Made by a program: the position numbers and the translations under genes. This document shows, piece by piece, positions 19,840 to 29,395 of a stretch of 53,676 nucleotides of DNA (position 1 is the stretch's first letter; the number at the start of each line of letters is the position of its first letter). Source of the stretch: Cellulosilyticum sp. (GTDB taxonomy: Bacteria; Bacillota; Clostridia; Lachnospirales; Cellulosilyticaceae); the NCBI GenBank assembly GCA_029851645.1, contig JARKVN010000108.1, forward strand, positions 1-53,676, read 5' to 3'. The notes under the pieces were generated by a model. The model was not told where the DNA came from. It did not search any database and saw nothing but the letters and a program-made list of their open reading frames with translations.

Positions 19840-20802
19840 TTATTTTCCTGAAATTCTATCAATTCGATTTGTCCATATATAGCCTCTAAAGCCTTGTGGT
19901 ATTTTTTCTAGTGATTCTATCGTATCAAATCCTTCTGACCACTTTCCATTTCCTTCTACAATCACAACTCTTGTATTTACCGATTCCATACGCTCTACAA
20001 ATTTATGTGGCCATCCCCATAAATACTTTGCAAATTTAAGTGGTATATGAATTTCCATATTCTGTATTTCTTTTGGAATATATCCTGTCCATCCAAGTAG
20101 TTCATATTTTAAAAGTGCACTTTTTAGGAGTTTAGTAGAAAGTACTCTTATACTACTATTTTGTTCTCTTAAATACATTAATCCCTCATGATTTCCATAA
20201 AAAGTTATTTGGGTCAATCTTTCTATTGGCATCCCATCTAAATATGTCCATAATATTTTAGCAGTTTCTAAATCATCATCTTTCATATGAATTAATAATT
20301 CTTTATCAGGAAAGGTTTCTAAGACTTCTTTTAGTTCAGGCATCATTCCTATCCCTTTACCCCTAAAAGGATAAGATTTTCCGTTATCTGCAGTATATCT
20401 ATACCCTATGTCTAATTGCTTAAGTTCTTCCATAGTATAGTCACTAACAGCACCTTCCCCCTCTGTTCTCATGGATAGTTCATAATCATGAAATACTGCA
20501 AGCTGATTATCTTTTGTTCTTTGAATATCTAATTCAACTAAGTCAGCTCCATATAAAAATGCTACTCTCATGGATTCTATTGTGTTTTCAAGATATTCAT
20601 GCTCTGGCTCATAAATAATCTCTGCAGTATTTGTATCCCATTCCACCTCTGAAACATTAAATGTCTGTGCTAAACCTCTATGTGCAAGTAATTTATAACT
20701 CTCTTCTGGCTGTATAAATAAACTTGTGTTGTTTAGCCATACGAACATGATTAAACATCCTGAAACAATTAATAAAATATACCTCTTTCTTATTTTTCTC
20801 AT
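19840..20802 (-). CDS. Membrane-anchored glycerophosphodiester phosphodiesterase family protein
   Basis: AHRG, ENT, VELDIQRTKD..LAVFHD, IWTNR; N-terminal TM helix. Confidence 0.85.
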   Translation of the reverse strand: MRKIRKRYILLIVSGCLIMFVWLNNTSLFIQPEESYKLLAHRGLAQTFNVSEVEWDTNTAEIIYEPEHEYLENTIESMRVAFLYGADLVELDIQRTKDNQLAVFHDYELSMRTEGEGAVSDYTMEELKQLDIGYRYTADNGKSYPFRGKGIGMMPELKEVLETFPDKELLIHMKDDDLETAKILWTYLDGMPIERLTQITFYGNHEGLMYLREQNSSIRVLSTKLLKSALLKYELLGWTGYIPKEIQNMEIHIPLKFAKYLWGWPHKFVERMESVNTRVVIVEGNGKWSEGFDTIESLEKIPQGFRGYIWTNRIDRISGK

Positions 20803-20865
20803 ATAACCATATCCTTTATTCTTTCTATTTCATTTTGTCAAATTTTACAAATTAATATAATGTAT

Positions 20866-21417
20866 TTAAAAGCTAAGAATTCGAATTTTAATCCCTAAAA
20901 TGCCTGATGACAAACAAATATTTACAATCCAAAAAACGACTCCTACTATAATAGCAGTTAAACCGATAAAATATTTTGTTTTATTTTTAAAAATTTTAAA
21001 TAATATTTTATAGATAACAACTCCAATAAGTCCACCTACTCCATTCAAAATAATATCATCAATATCAGTAGCACCTACTTTAAAAAAGTACTGCAAGACT
21101 TCAACTGCTACACTAATAAGGACACTCTCTAAAGTGTTAATGACTATGCTTTTATTAGGATTAAACAAAATCAAATAGATACCTAATGGTATGAATAACA
21201 CTATATTCCCCAGTACATTAACTAATGAAAAGAAACCACCATTAGATAAGTAATCTGCTATAGTGTGGAATGGTACAAGATTTATAGACTGAAACGAATG
21301 TGCTTTCAAAAATAAAAATGCAAATAAAATAAAAATATAAATCCCTAATCCCACCATTAATAAAATATGATTACGTTCTGCTTTTTTGCTTTCATTAATT
21401 TTCATAGTATACTCCAA
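20866..21417 (-). CDS. VanZ-family membrane protein
   Basis: INLVPF, GNIVLFIPLG, EVLQY, DIDDIILNGVG. Confidence 0.85.
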   Translation of the reverse strand: MEYTMKINESKKAERNHILLMVGLGIYIFILFAFLFLKAHSFQSINLVPFHTIADYLSNGGFFSLVNVLGNIVLFIPLGIYLILFNPNKSIVINTLESVLISVAVEVLQYFFKVGATDIDDIILNGVGGLIGVVIYKILFKIFKNKTKYFIGLTAIIVGVVFWIVNICLSSGILGIKIRILSF

Positions 21418-21490
21418 ACTCTAACTTACCATTTCATAAAAAATATTCACCTATTCTATCATAACCGTAATACTTATGTAAAGATTTATA

Positions 21491-21564
21491 GCTTGATTAT
21501 GTGTTTGGTAGCACTAACTCACACTTAATACTTTCCCCATTAAACTCCCTCATACTGAATGCAC
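21491..21564 (-). mobile_element. Decayed 5' fragment of a group IIC intron (copy B)
   Basis: Minus strand GTGCATTCAGTATGAGGGAGTTTAATGGGGAAAGTATTAAGTGTGAGTTAGTGCTACCAAACACATAATCAAGC, starting 3 nt after a terminator U tract; differs from IIC starts mostly by C>T and G>A changes. Confidence 0.55.
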
Positions 21565-21567
21565 GCC

Positions 21568-21602
21568 AAAAAGCCTATGAGCTTTTCTTCTCATAAGCTT
21601 TT
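21568..21602 (-). terminator. Intrinsic terminator after the second GH65 gene
   Basis: AAAAGCTTATGAG / CTCATAGGCTTTT plus T. Confidence 0.75.
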
Positions 21603-21613
21603 AAAATCTAAAA

Positions 21614-23896
21614 TTACTTTACTTCTATTGTCCTATCTTCAAAAACTTCATATTCCTTATCTTGAATCCTTATCTTCAAAGGAACTTTTGTTGTTACTTG
21701 AATAATCGTTCTATCAGATTTCATATCAACCTGAATAGTTGCCCCTTTATACAAGAAATTAAATTGAAGCCCTTGCCATTGTTTTGGAAGTTTTGGATTT
21801 AGGCTGATGTGGTCTTCCTTAATACGAAGTCCTGCAAATCCATACACAACAGACATCCAAGTCCCCCCCATATTCGCTGTATGAAGTCCGTCCTTTGTAT
21901 TATTATGAGTATTATCTAAATCTAACCTTGCTGTTTCAATAAAATAGTTATACGCTTTTTCTTCATATCCTATCTTAGAAGCAATAATACTATAAATTGC
22001 ACAGGACAAAGAGGAATCATGGGTTGTTATCCTCTCATAATAATCGTAAGACTTCTTAATCACCTCATGAGCTATCCCTTCTTCTAATAAAAAGTGTGAT
22101 AGGACAACATCCGCTTGCTTTAATACTTGGTAACGATAAATCGTAAGAGGATGATAGTGAAGTAGTAATGGATAGTGCTCTTTTGGTGTACTTTCAAAAT
22201 CCCATACTGCCTTGGATAAAAAGGTATCATCTTGAGCATTGATTCTCAAAGACTCATCATATGGTAAATACATCTTTTCTGCCGCTTTTTCAAATAAGGT
22301 AAGTTCATCTTCTGTAAGCCCTATTCTTTCCACCAAAGCTTGAAGCTTTTTAGGTGCTTCGTCTTTAAGCAAATTATACCACTTTATAGCCCATTTTAAG
22401 TTATATTGTGCCAGTCTATTGGTATAGAAGTTATTATTTACAATAGCTGTGTATTCATCTGGTCCTGTTACAGCATCTATTTTAAATTTCCCTTCATGGA
22501 AATGCCCTATTTCTAACCATATACGAGCTGTTTCAAATATAACTTCTGCACCAAACTCCTTAATAAATTCTTTATCCCCTGTCGCCAAATAATACTGAAT
22601 ATAGGTATAAGCTATGTCACCATTAAGATGATACTGCGCTGTCCCTGCTGGGAAATAAGCCGAACACTCATCACCTGTAATGGTACGCCATGCGTAAGCT
22701 GCTCCCTTCTTATGCCCCAATTCTTTTGCACGTTTTCTCGCATGATCAAGAATGGTATAACGATATCTTAAAAGCTGCTTTGCTAGTGCTGGATGACATA
22801 CAATAAAAAATGGTAGCATATAAATCTCCGTATCCCAGAAATAATGCCCTTCATAACCCTCTCCACTGAGCCCTTTCGCTGCAATATTGCTTAATTTATC
22901 CTTACCTACAGATTGAAGAAGTTGATAAATATTAAACCTCAGACCTTGTTGAAGTGCATCATCTCCTTCTATTTGAATATCAGCTACCTTCCAAAAATCC
23001 TCAAGGTACATTCCCTGCTCTTCTTCTAATACTTCAAAAGATTTATGGCATACTTCTTCAATAAGCTTAATACCTTCTCTTACTACATCTTCATATCTTC
23101 TTGTATCAGTATAAATGGTATATTTAGTAAACTCTATCTTTCTTTTTACATCATCAAATACATACGTGTTTACTAAGCTTTGCTTATCATTTTCTCTTTT
23201 TACTTTATTTCCTGAACTTACTTTATGTGCTGTAGTCGCAGTTACCTTTAACTTAGATGTTTGTGTCTCACAAGTTATTTGTTCATATTCATCTGATATG
23301 AGACACTCTACTGGTCTTAAAATTTTAGCATGTCCTGCTCCTACTCTTGGATCATTGGAATTGGTATAGTTTTCTACATCTCCTGTTGTTCTAGAAGTAA
23401 TCGTAATTGGTTTATCACACTTAATTCTTTCAACGATTATATGCACTGCAAAAAGCTCTAGTACAGTAAAACTAGCGAGACGTTTAATCGTGATAGCAAC
23501 TTCTTCTCCTTTCGGTGACACCCAATGAATGTTTCTTGTATAAACGCCTTTTTGCATATCTACATACCGCTTATACGCCCTTATTTCCCCTTCAAATAAG
23601 CTAAAACTTTCATCACCTATTTGAATCGTAATGCTCTGAGCATCAATAATATTCACTAACTTTTGCATTGTATCAGGAAATGCATAGGCCTTTTCCCCAT
23701 ATGTGATGCCTACCTCTTCATAAAAAGCATTAATATAATTGCCTTTAATGGTTGGTATATCTTTTGTATAACCTTCTTCAAAATTTCCACGAATACCAAT
23801 ATAGCCATTTGCTACATTAAATATGCTTTCATTTTTTAATAGGCTCTTTACATCTAACTCATTAGATTCTACAATCCATCCTGTATTCATAAACAC
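21614..23896 (-). CDS. GH65 glycoside phosphorylase (trehalose phosphorylase-like)
   Basis: NIAAKGLSGEGYEGHYFWDTE, GPDEY, LLLHYHPLTIYRYQVLKQAD, HDSSLS. Confidence 0.85.
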   Translation of the reverse strand: MFMNTGWIVESNELDVKSLLKNESIFNVANGYIGIRGNFEEGYTKDIPTIKGNYINAFYEEVGITYGEKAYAFPDTMQKLVNIIDAQSITIQIGDESFSLFEGEIRAYKRYVDMQKGVYTRNIHWVSPKGEEVAITIKRLASFTVLELFAVHIIVERIKCDKPITITSRTTGDVENYTNSNDPRVGAGHAKILRPVECLISDEYEQITCETQTSKLKVTATTAHKVSSGNKVKRENDKQSLVNTYVFDDVKRKIEFTKYTIYTDTRRYEDVVREGIKLIEEVCHKSFEVLEEEQGMYLEDFWKVADIQIEGDDALQQGLRFNIYQLLQSVGKDKLSNIAAKGLSGEGYEGHYFWDTEIYMLPFFIVCHPALAKQLLRYRYTILDHARKRAKELGHKKGAAYAWRTITGDECSAYFPAGTAQYHLNGDIAYTYIQYYLATGDKEFIKEFGAEVIFETARIWLEIGHFHEGKFKIDAVTGPDEYTAIVNNNFYTNRLAQYNLKWAIKWYNLLKDEAPKKLQALVERIGLTEDELTLFEKAAEKMYLPYDESLRINAQDDTFLSKAVWDFESTPKEHYPLLLHYHPLTIYRYQVLKQADVVLSHFLLEEGIAHEVIKKSYDYYERITTHDSSLSCAIYSIIASKIGYEEKAYNYFIETARLDLDNTHNNTKDGLHTANMGGTWMSVVYGFAGLRIKEDHISLNPKLPKQWQGLQFNFLYKGATIQVDMKSDRTIIQVTTKVPLKIRIQDKEYEVFEDRTIEVK

Positions 23897-24019
23897 AACC
23901 TCTTTCTTATCACATCAATGTATAGCTATGTTAGCATACGATTCAAATAGAACTTGTAAAATCTTCACCTTATTGATACTATATTAATAAAATTATCAGT
24001 TTAAATAGGAGTGAATTTC

Positions 24020-24748
24020 TTGTCTAATATATATATACATCTAGAACAAAATATTGCAAAAAATAGATATTCATCATATACCCATCCCCCCTACCAATTA
24101 GAAAAAAAGCTTATTTTAGCAATTAAACAATGTGATCTTACTGCCAGCCTAGCTATTCTTGATGATATTAATGCTTTGGAAAGAGCTAGCCTATCTAAGA
24201 TCCCCTTAAACTCATTAAAATACTCACTAGTAGCTTCTTGCACCCTCTTTACACGTGCCATTATTGAATCGGGTGTTGATTCAGAAACCGCCTTCATGTT
24301 AAGTGACTACTATATTAATCTTATTGACCAAAGTCAATCTCAAAGTGCAACACAAGCATTAGAATATAAGATGTTAAAAGACTTTATCTTTCTTTTAAAT
24401 ACCCATAAAGCTTTCATCTACAATCCACTTATCAACCGTGCTATTAAATATATTAAAAATAATCTAGAGAATAAATTGACTCTATCCTCTATTGCTGAAT
24501 CTATAGATATACACCCTAACTACCTTGCTCATTTATTCAAAAAAGAAGTTGGTAAAACACTTTTAGAATATATTGATGAGCAAAAAATCCAAGTCATAAA
24601 AAATTACCTGATCTATACCTCCTCATCTATAGGAGAAATTAGCACAATCTTCGGCTTTAGTAATCCTTCTTACTTCTCAAAGTATTTTAAAAAGCATGCG
24701 CTCCTTTCTCCATCAGAGTATAGAAAAGTATATAGTCTAATGCCATAA
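24020..24748 (+). CDS. AraC-family transcriptional regulator, divergent from the second GH65
   Basis: C-terminal double HTH (HPNYLAHLFKKEVG, GFSNPSYFSKYFKK); TTG 24020 preferred because AGGAG overlaps GTG 24011. Confidence 0.85.
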   Translation: MSNIYIHLEQNIAKNRYSSYTHPPYQLEKKLILAIKQCDLTASLAILDDINALERASLSKIPLNSLKYSLVASCTLFTRAIIESGVDSETAFMLSDYYINLIDQSQSQSATQALEYKMLKDFIFLLNTHKAFIYNPLINRAIKYIKNNLENKLTLSSIAESIDIHPNYLAHLFKKEVGKTLLEYIDEQKIQVIKNYLIYTSSSIGEISTIFGFSNPSYFSKYFKKHALLSPSEYRKVYSLMP

Positions 24749-24760
24749 CCCCTATAGATA

Positions 24761-26236
24761 CTAATCCCTTAATTCTCCTTTAAACACATGCTCTTTTCTA
24801 AAGCTCATTGTCTGAGTTTCTCTTTTAATTTCTTGTAAAGCGGATATCACTTGTCTAGAGCGCCTTTTAACTTCATCCATCATTCGTTTTGCATCTGATA
24901 GCTCTTCCTTCTCGAATGCCTTTACTACCTCATTTGCTTTTTGAAGAAATACTTGATACTCTTCATTTATAGATTGCCATTTACCTTTAATTAAAGTATG
25001 TTCTACTTGTAAAATACTATAAAAGCGTCCTAATTCACATTTTTCTTCATTCATTTGAATAGGTGTCATTTCTCCTTTATATAGCATCTCTTCTAGTGTC
25101 TTTACTACTTTCTCATGTGAAACAATGGCTTTATCTACTATTTCTATAAAAGCTTCATTACTAAGAGGATGTGGACCCTCATTGAGCTTTTGTATCAGCT
25201 TTTTAATTTGTTCTGATAATGCCATATCAACCTCTTCAACTTGCTTTGCTTGCGTCTTACTTCTATCTGCTTCTTGGCCTACCTGTTCTGCTAACTTTCT
25301 AATTTGAGTAAAATCTTCTTTAATAAAAACAACATTTTCTTGCATCTCATGAATAGATGCATTAACTTCCTCTAGCATTTGACCCATTTCCTTTACTTCC
25401 ATGCTGGTATGTTCTGCACACTTTTTCTCTTCATGGCAGATTTGTTGAACATGTTCTATCTTCGCACTCATATCCTCCATAGAAGCTTTTGTAAGTTCAA
25501 CACAATTCATACTATCACTTGTTGCACCCTGAATTCCTTCTGTAAATTCTTGCATACGTTCTAGTCTTTGCATGGTGTCTTCAGCTAATTTTCTAATATC
25601 TTCAGCTACAGCTGCAAACTTTTGTCCTTGCTCTCCAATTCTTGCTGCTTCAATCCCTGCACTTAAAGCCAGTAAATTGGTTTGTTCAGCAATCCCTTTT
25701 ACCCCTTCTATCACCTCACCCACATTACTACATAACTCTTCTAATACCCCCATTTTTTTCTCTATTTGCTGGGTCTTTTCTGAAACATTTTGTTTTAAAT
25801 GAGTCATCTCCTCTATATATTCTAAAGTTTCACCTACTTGATTTACTAATAAATGTGAATCTTCTCCTATACAATTTATACCCTTAATACTATGCTCTAC
25901 AGCAGTTAGCATTTTTTGAGAGCTATTTGTCATCTCTTTAACAGATAATAGATTTTTATCACTACTTTCCATCATCGCTTTCTCTACGCTCTGTAATTGG
26001 TTAGCTGTAAAGTTCATATTCATGTCCCATTCACTTAAGTTGACACTTTCCTTAAGGATTTCAGCACTCTTATCTGTATATACCTTATGAGCAGATAAAA
26101 CTTTTTCAAGTAATGTCAATAAAACTCTATGCCTATCCCCTTTTACAATTGGAAGGATAACATCCTCCCCCTTAATACTTCCTTCCAGATAATCAATAAT
26201 TCTATCTAATTCTCTATCTTTTAATCCAAATGCCAT
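24761..26236 (-). CDS. Soluble MCP with C-terminal CZB-like domain
   Basis: [23 protein letters not shown]; C-terminal SHEK...EKCELGRFY; start moved to ATG 26236 (AAGGAG). Confidence 0.8.
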   Translation of the reverse strand: MAFGLKDRELDRIIDYLEGSIKGEDVILPIVKGDRHRVLLTLLEKVLSAHKVYTDKSAEILKESVNLSEWDMNMNFTANQLQSVEKAMMESSDKNLLSVKEMTNSSQKMLTAVEHSIKGINCIGEDSHLLVNQVGETLEYIEEMTHLKQNVSEKTQQIEKKMGVLEELCSNVGEVIEGVKGIAEQTNLLALSAGIEAARIGEQGQKFAAVAEDIRKLAEDTMQRLERMQEFTEGIQGATSDSMNCVELTKASMEDMSAKIEHVQQICHEEKKCAEHTSMEVKEMGQMLEEVNASIHEMQENVVFIKEDFTQIRKLAEQVGQEADRSKTQAKQVEEVDMALSEQIKKLIQKLNEGPHPLSNEAFIEIVDKAIVSHEKVVKTLEEMLYKGEMTPIQMNEEKCELGRFYSILQVEHTLIKGKWQSINEEYQVFLQKANEVVKAFEKEELSDAKRMMDEVKRRSRQVISALQEIKRETQTMSFRKEHVFKGELRD

Positions 26237-26269
26237 TATCCTGTTCTCCTTATTCATAATTCTGCCTAT

Positions 26270-26297
26270 ATATCGACCAACCAATATAAATTCTATA
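26270..26297 (-). promoter_or_regulatory. Candidate sigma28/sigmaD promoter of the MCP
   Basis: TATA-N16-GTCGATAT versus consensus TAAA-N15/16-GCCGATAT. Confidence 0.5.
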
Positions 26298-26310
26298 TCT
26301 TTAAAACAAC

Positions 26311-26354
26311 AAAATAGATAGAGCTACTTACACTTACTTATAGCTCTACCTATT
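26311..26354 (-). terminator. Terminator of the feo operon
   Basis: AATAGGTAGAGCTA / TAGCTCTATCTATT plus TT. Confidence 0.7.
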
Positions 26355-26373
26355 AGTTTAATATCTATTTCAT

Positions 26374-26511
26374 TTAGTGGCAATGCCCACTACAATTTTT
26401 ACAACTTTGCCCACATTGAGGGGATTTCCCACTTTTCTTATCTTTTATGATGCTTCTAATGGCTAGGCCAATGATGCCTAACACAATCATTCCAACAACT
26501 AACGTTCCCAT
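26374..26511 (-). CDS. FeoB-associated Cys-rich small membrane protein (45 aa, not in the ORF track)
   Basis: MGTLVVGMIVLGIIGLAIRSIIKDKKSGKSPQCGQSCKNCSGHCH; RBS GGAGG; directly after feoB. Confidence 0.85.
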   Translation of the reverse strand: MGTLVVGMIVLGIIGLAIRSIIKDKKSGKSPQCGQSCKNCSGHCH

Positions 26512-26552
26512 ATTCTAAGCCTCCATTTCAAAGGATATCCTAAAAATACACC

Positions 26553-28718
26553 TTAGCTAGACATCTTCTGTCCCTTTAAGCTAGTAAACTTTTGATCAGG
26601 TCTTACTAATAAGTAAATAAACGCAATAATCACTAAGATTGCTACGAAAGTTCCTATAGCAAAACTTCCTGCTAACACTAAACTTCCTATTTGGAAAATA
26701 CATAATGCTACTAAATAAGCAAAGATTGTTTGATAACCAATAGCAAACCAGAACCATTTTGCATTATTCATTTCCCTTTTTATTGCGCCAATTGCTGCAA
26801 AACATGGTGCGCAAAGTAAATTAAAGACTAAGAAAGAGTAAGCTGATAATGGTGTCATTTGGCTTGCAAGTGTTCCCCAAATCTCTGTTCCATCTTTTGC
26901 AACTTCTGCAAATCCAAATAGTACCCCAAAAGTTCCTACGACATTCTCTTTAGCAATAAGCCCCGTAATGGTTGCTACTGCTGATTTCCACTCTCCCCAA
27001 CCTAATGGTGCAAAAATAGGTGCAATCACTTTTCCAATACTTGCTAGAAAACCATCTTTTAAATCTTCTACCATAGTAAACTGACCATCTACTATGCCAA
27101 AGTTAGACATAAACCATACCAAAGTAGTAGAAAGTAAAATAACTGTTCCTGCTTTTTTAATGAAGGACCAACCACGTTCCCACATACTTCTTAGTATATT
27201 CCCTACTGTAGGAAGGTGATAAGCTGGAAGCTCCATAACAAAAGGTGCAACATCACCTGTAAAAAGTTTTGTCTTCTTCAAAATAATCCCTGAGATAATA
27301 ATTGCTGCAATGCCTACAAAGTAAGCACTAGGTGCAACCCACCATGCACCACCAAATAGTGCTCCTGCAATCAGCGCTATAATTGGAAGCTTCGCACCAC
27401 AAGGAATGAAAGTAGTCGTCATAATAGTCATCCTTCTATCTCGCTCACTTTCAATTGTACGTGATGCCATAACACCAGGAACGCCACATCCTGTTCCTAC
27501 TAGCATTGGAATAAAAGATTTTCCTGATAAGCCAAATTTCCTGAAAATCCTATCCATAATAAAAGCAACCCTTGCCATATACCCACATGATTCAAGAAAG
27601 GCAAGAAACATAAATAATATAAGCATTTGTGGTACAAAGCCAAGTACAGCCCCCACGCCGCCTACAATACCATCTAAAATAAGGCCTTTGAGCCAATCTG
27701 CGCACCCAATACTATCTAATCCAGCCTCTAATACGACAGGTATACCTGGAATTTCCATTCCAAAAAGCTGCCAACCTTCACCAAATACACCATCATTGGC
27801 CCAGTCGGTCACAAGGGTTCCTATAGTACTTACTGAAATATAATAAACAACAAACATAATAAGTGCAAAGATTGGAAGTGCTAAAAACCTATTGGTTACA
27901 ATCTGGTCAATCTTATCAGATGTTGTTAAACCAGTTCTATTCTTCTTCGTCTGACATCCGTTAATAATAGATGAAATATAGACATAACGTTCATTGGTAA
28001 TAATACTTTCTGTATCATCATCCATAATATTTTCTAAATGTTCAATTTCCTGTGTTACATCTGGTACTTTACTAAGCTGAGTATCTATTTTCTCGTCACG
28101 TTCTAATAATTTGATTGCAAAGAAGCGTTTTTGCGCATCTGCTACTTCACTTCCTAATTGCTCTTGAATTTTACTAAGTACTTCTTCAACTTCTGGTGCA
28201 AAATGATGGACACGTGCTACTAGCTTTTTATTTTCTGCAAGTTGGATGGCTTTCTGAGTGACTTCATCAATTCCACTACCTTTTAAAGCAGAAATCTCTA
28301 CAACTTCACACCCAAGCTGTTGGCTGAGCTTATCTGTATGTATGACATCCCCGTTTTTCCTTACAATGTCCATCATATTAATTGCCATAACCACAGGAAT
28401 TCCTAACTCAATGAGCTGTGTGGTAAGGTATAAGTTTCTTTCTAAGTTGGTTCCGTCTACAATATTAATTAGGGCATCTGGTTTCTCATTAATTAAATAA
28501 TTTCTTGTAACGACTTCCTCAAGTGTGTATGGAGATAAAGAATAAATACCTGGAAGATCCATAATACTTACATCTTTATTCCCTTTTAGCTTCCCTTCTT
28601 TCTTCTCTACTGTTACCCCAGGCCAGTTCCCTACAAATTGATTAGAGCCTGTTAAGGCATTAAACAGCGTTGTTTTCCCACAGTTTGGATTCCCTGCAAG
28701 TGCAATTGTAATTGCCAT
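26553..28718 (-). CDS. feoB: Ferrous iron transporter B
   Basis: G-domain GNPNCGKTT, GVTVE, DLPG, NMMD; TM gate motifs GCGVP and PCGAKLP. Confidence 0.97.
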   Translation of the reverse strand: MAITIALAGNPNCGKTTLFNALTGSNQFVGNWPGVTVEKKEGKLKGNKDVSIMDLPGIYSLSPYTLEEVVTRNYLINEKPDALINIVDGTNLERNLYLTTQLIELGIPVVMAINMMDIVRKNGDVIHTDKLSQQLGCEVVEISALKGSGIDEVTQKAIQLAENKKLVARVHHFAPEVEEVLSKIQEQLGSEVADAQKRFFAIKLLERDEKIDTQLSKVPDVTQEIEHLENIMDDDTESIITNERYVYISSIINGCQTKKNRTGLTTSDKIDQIVTNRFLALPIFALIMFVVYYISVSTIGTLVTDWANDGVFGEGWQLFGMEIPGIPVVLEAGLDSIGCADWLKGLILDGIVGGVGAVLGFVPQMLILFMFLAFLESCGYMARVAFIMDRIFRKFGLSGKSFIPMLVGTGCGVPGVMASRTIESERDRRMTIMTTTFIPCGAKLPIIALIAGALFGGAWWVAPSAYFVGIAAIIISGIILKKTKLFTGDVAPFVMELPAYHLPTVGNILRSMWERGWSFIKKAGTVILLSTTLVWFMSNFGIVDGQFTMVEDLKDGFLASIGKVIAPIFAPLGWGEWKSAVATITGLIAKENVVGTFGVLFGFAEVAKDGTEIWGTLASQMTPLSAYSFLVFNLLCAPCFAAIGAIKREMNNAKWFWFAIGYQTIFAYLVALCIFQIGSLVLAGSFAIGTFVAILVIIAFIYLLVRPDQKFTSLKGQKMSS

Positions 28719-28734
28719 GATTTATACTCCCTTC

Positions 28735-28956
28735 TTATTCCACCTCAATCATCTCAGCATCTGCTTTTCTAAGAGATAACTCATATCCTCTTACATTGAC
28801 TTCAATAGGGTCACCTAATGGTGCCACTTTTCGCACAGTCACCTCTACTCCTTTTGTAATCCCCATATCCATAATCCTTCTTTTGACAGCACCCATACCA
28901 CTTATCTTTTTAACTTTTACTGTTTCACCACAATTTACTTCTCTTAAAGTTGCCAT
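28735..28956 (-). CDS. feoA: Ferrous iron transport protein A
   Basis: RRIMDMGITKG, APLGDPIEVNVRGYELSLRK. Confidence 0.95.
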   Translation of the reverse strand: MATLREVNCGETVKVKKISGMGAVKRRIMDMGITKGVEVTVRKVAPLGDPIEVNVRGYELSLRKADAEMIEVE

Positions 28957-28967
28957 ATTCTTTTCCT

Positions 28968-29186
28968 CTATATTAAAATTTTACTTGCCATCTCTTGATT
29001 AATTGCTACTCTGGAGTCTTTAATATTAACAATCATATTACCGTTCATTTTAGAAATAATCGTTACTATACTACCTACTGTAAATCCTAGATTTTCTAAG
29101 AATTTTTTTGTTTCTTGTTTCCCACCAACTTTTTTGATGGCATTCATTTCGCCAACCTGTGCCATTGTTAAAGGCATATTCGTCAC
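28968..29186 (-). CDS. feoA: Second FeoA-family protein
   Basis: FLENLGFTVG, VNIKDSRVAI; true start may be ATG at 29177. Confidence 0.85.
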   Translation of the reverse strand: MTNMPLTMAQVGEMNAIKKVGGKQETKKFLENLGFTVGSIVTIISKMNGNMIVNIKDSRVAINQEMASKILI

Positions 29187-29206
29187 CTTCTTTTCTTCGA
29201 ACTAAT

Positions 29207-29225
29207 GATAATGATTTTCATCATC
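29207..29225. promoter_or_regulatory. Fur box of the feo operon
   Basis: GATAATGATTTTCATCATC, 16/19 match to GATAATGATAATCATTATC; lies just downstream of TTGACA-17-TAATAT (minus strand, 29237-29265). Confidence 0.8.
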
Positions 29226-29366
29226 TTACATTGATAATATTATTCCAAACCAAATATTTTGTCAATATATTTTAGTATTAATTATTAATTTGTTAATTAA
29301 CTGTTCAATATTATGATATTGTAATTAAGTCTATACTAATATAAGCGTATCATCTAAATTTTGAAC

Positions 29367-29395
29367 AAAAAAATAGAGGTTTTTACACCTCTATT
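29367..29395 (-). terminator. Intrinsic terminator
   Basis: AATAGAGGT / ACCTCTATT plus T tract. Confidence 0.7.

Noticed and set aside
20866-21417. vanZ as evidence of a glycopeptide-resistance cluster
   Set aside because: No vanHAX/vanRS nearby; stand-alone VanZ-family genes are widespread
21511-21554. Tiny ORFs upstream of vanZ on the minus strand
   Set aside because: Very short, without homology cues, and better explained as part of the intron-like remnant
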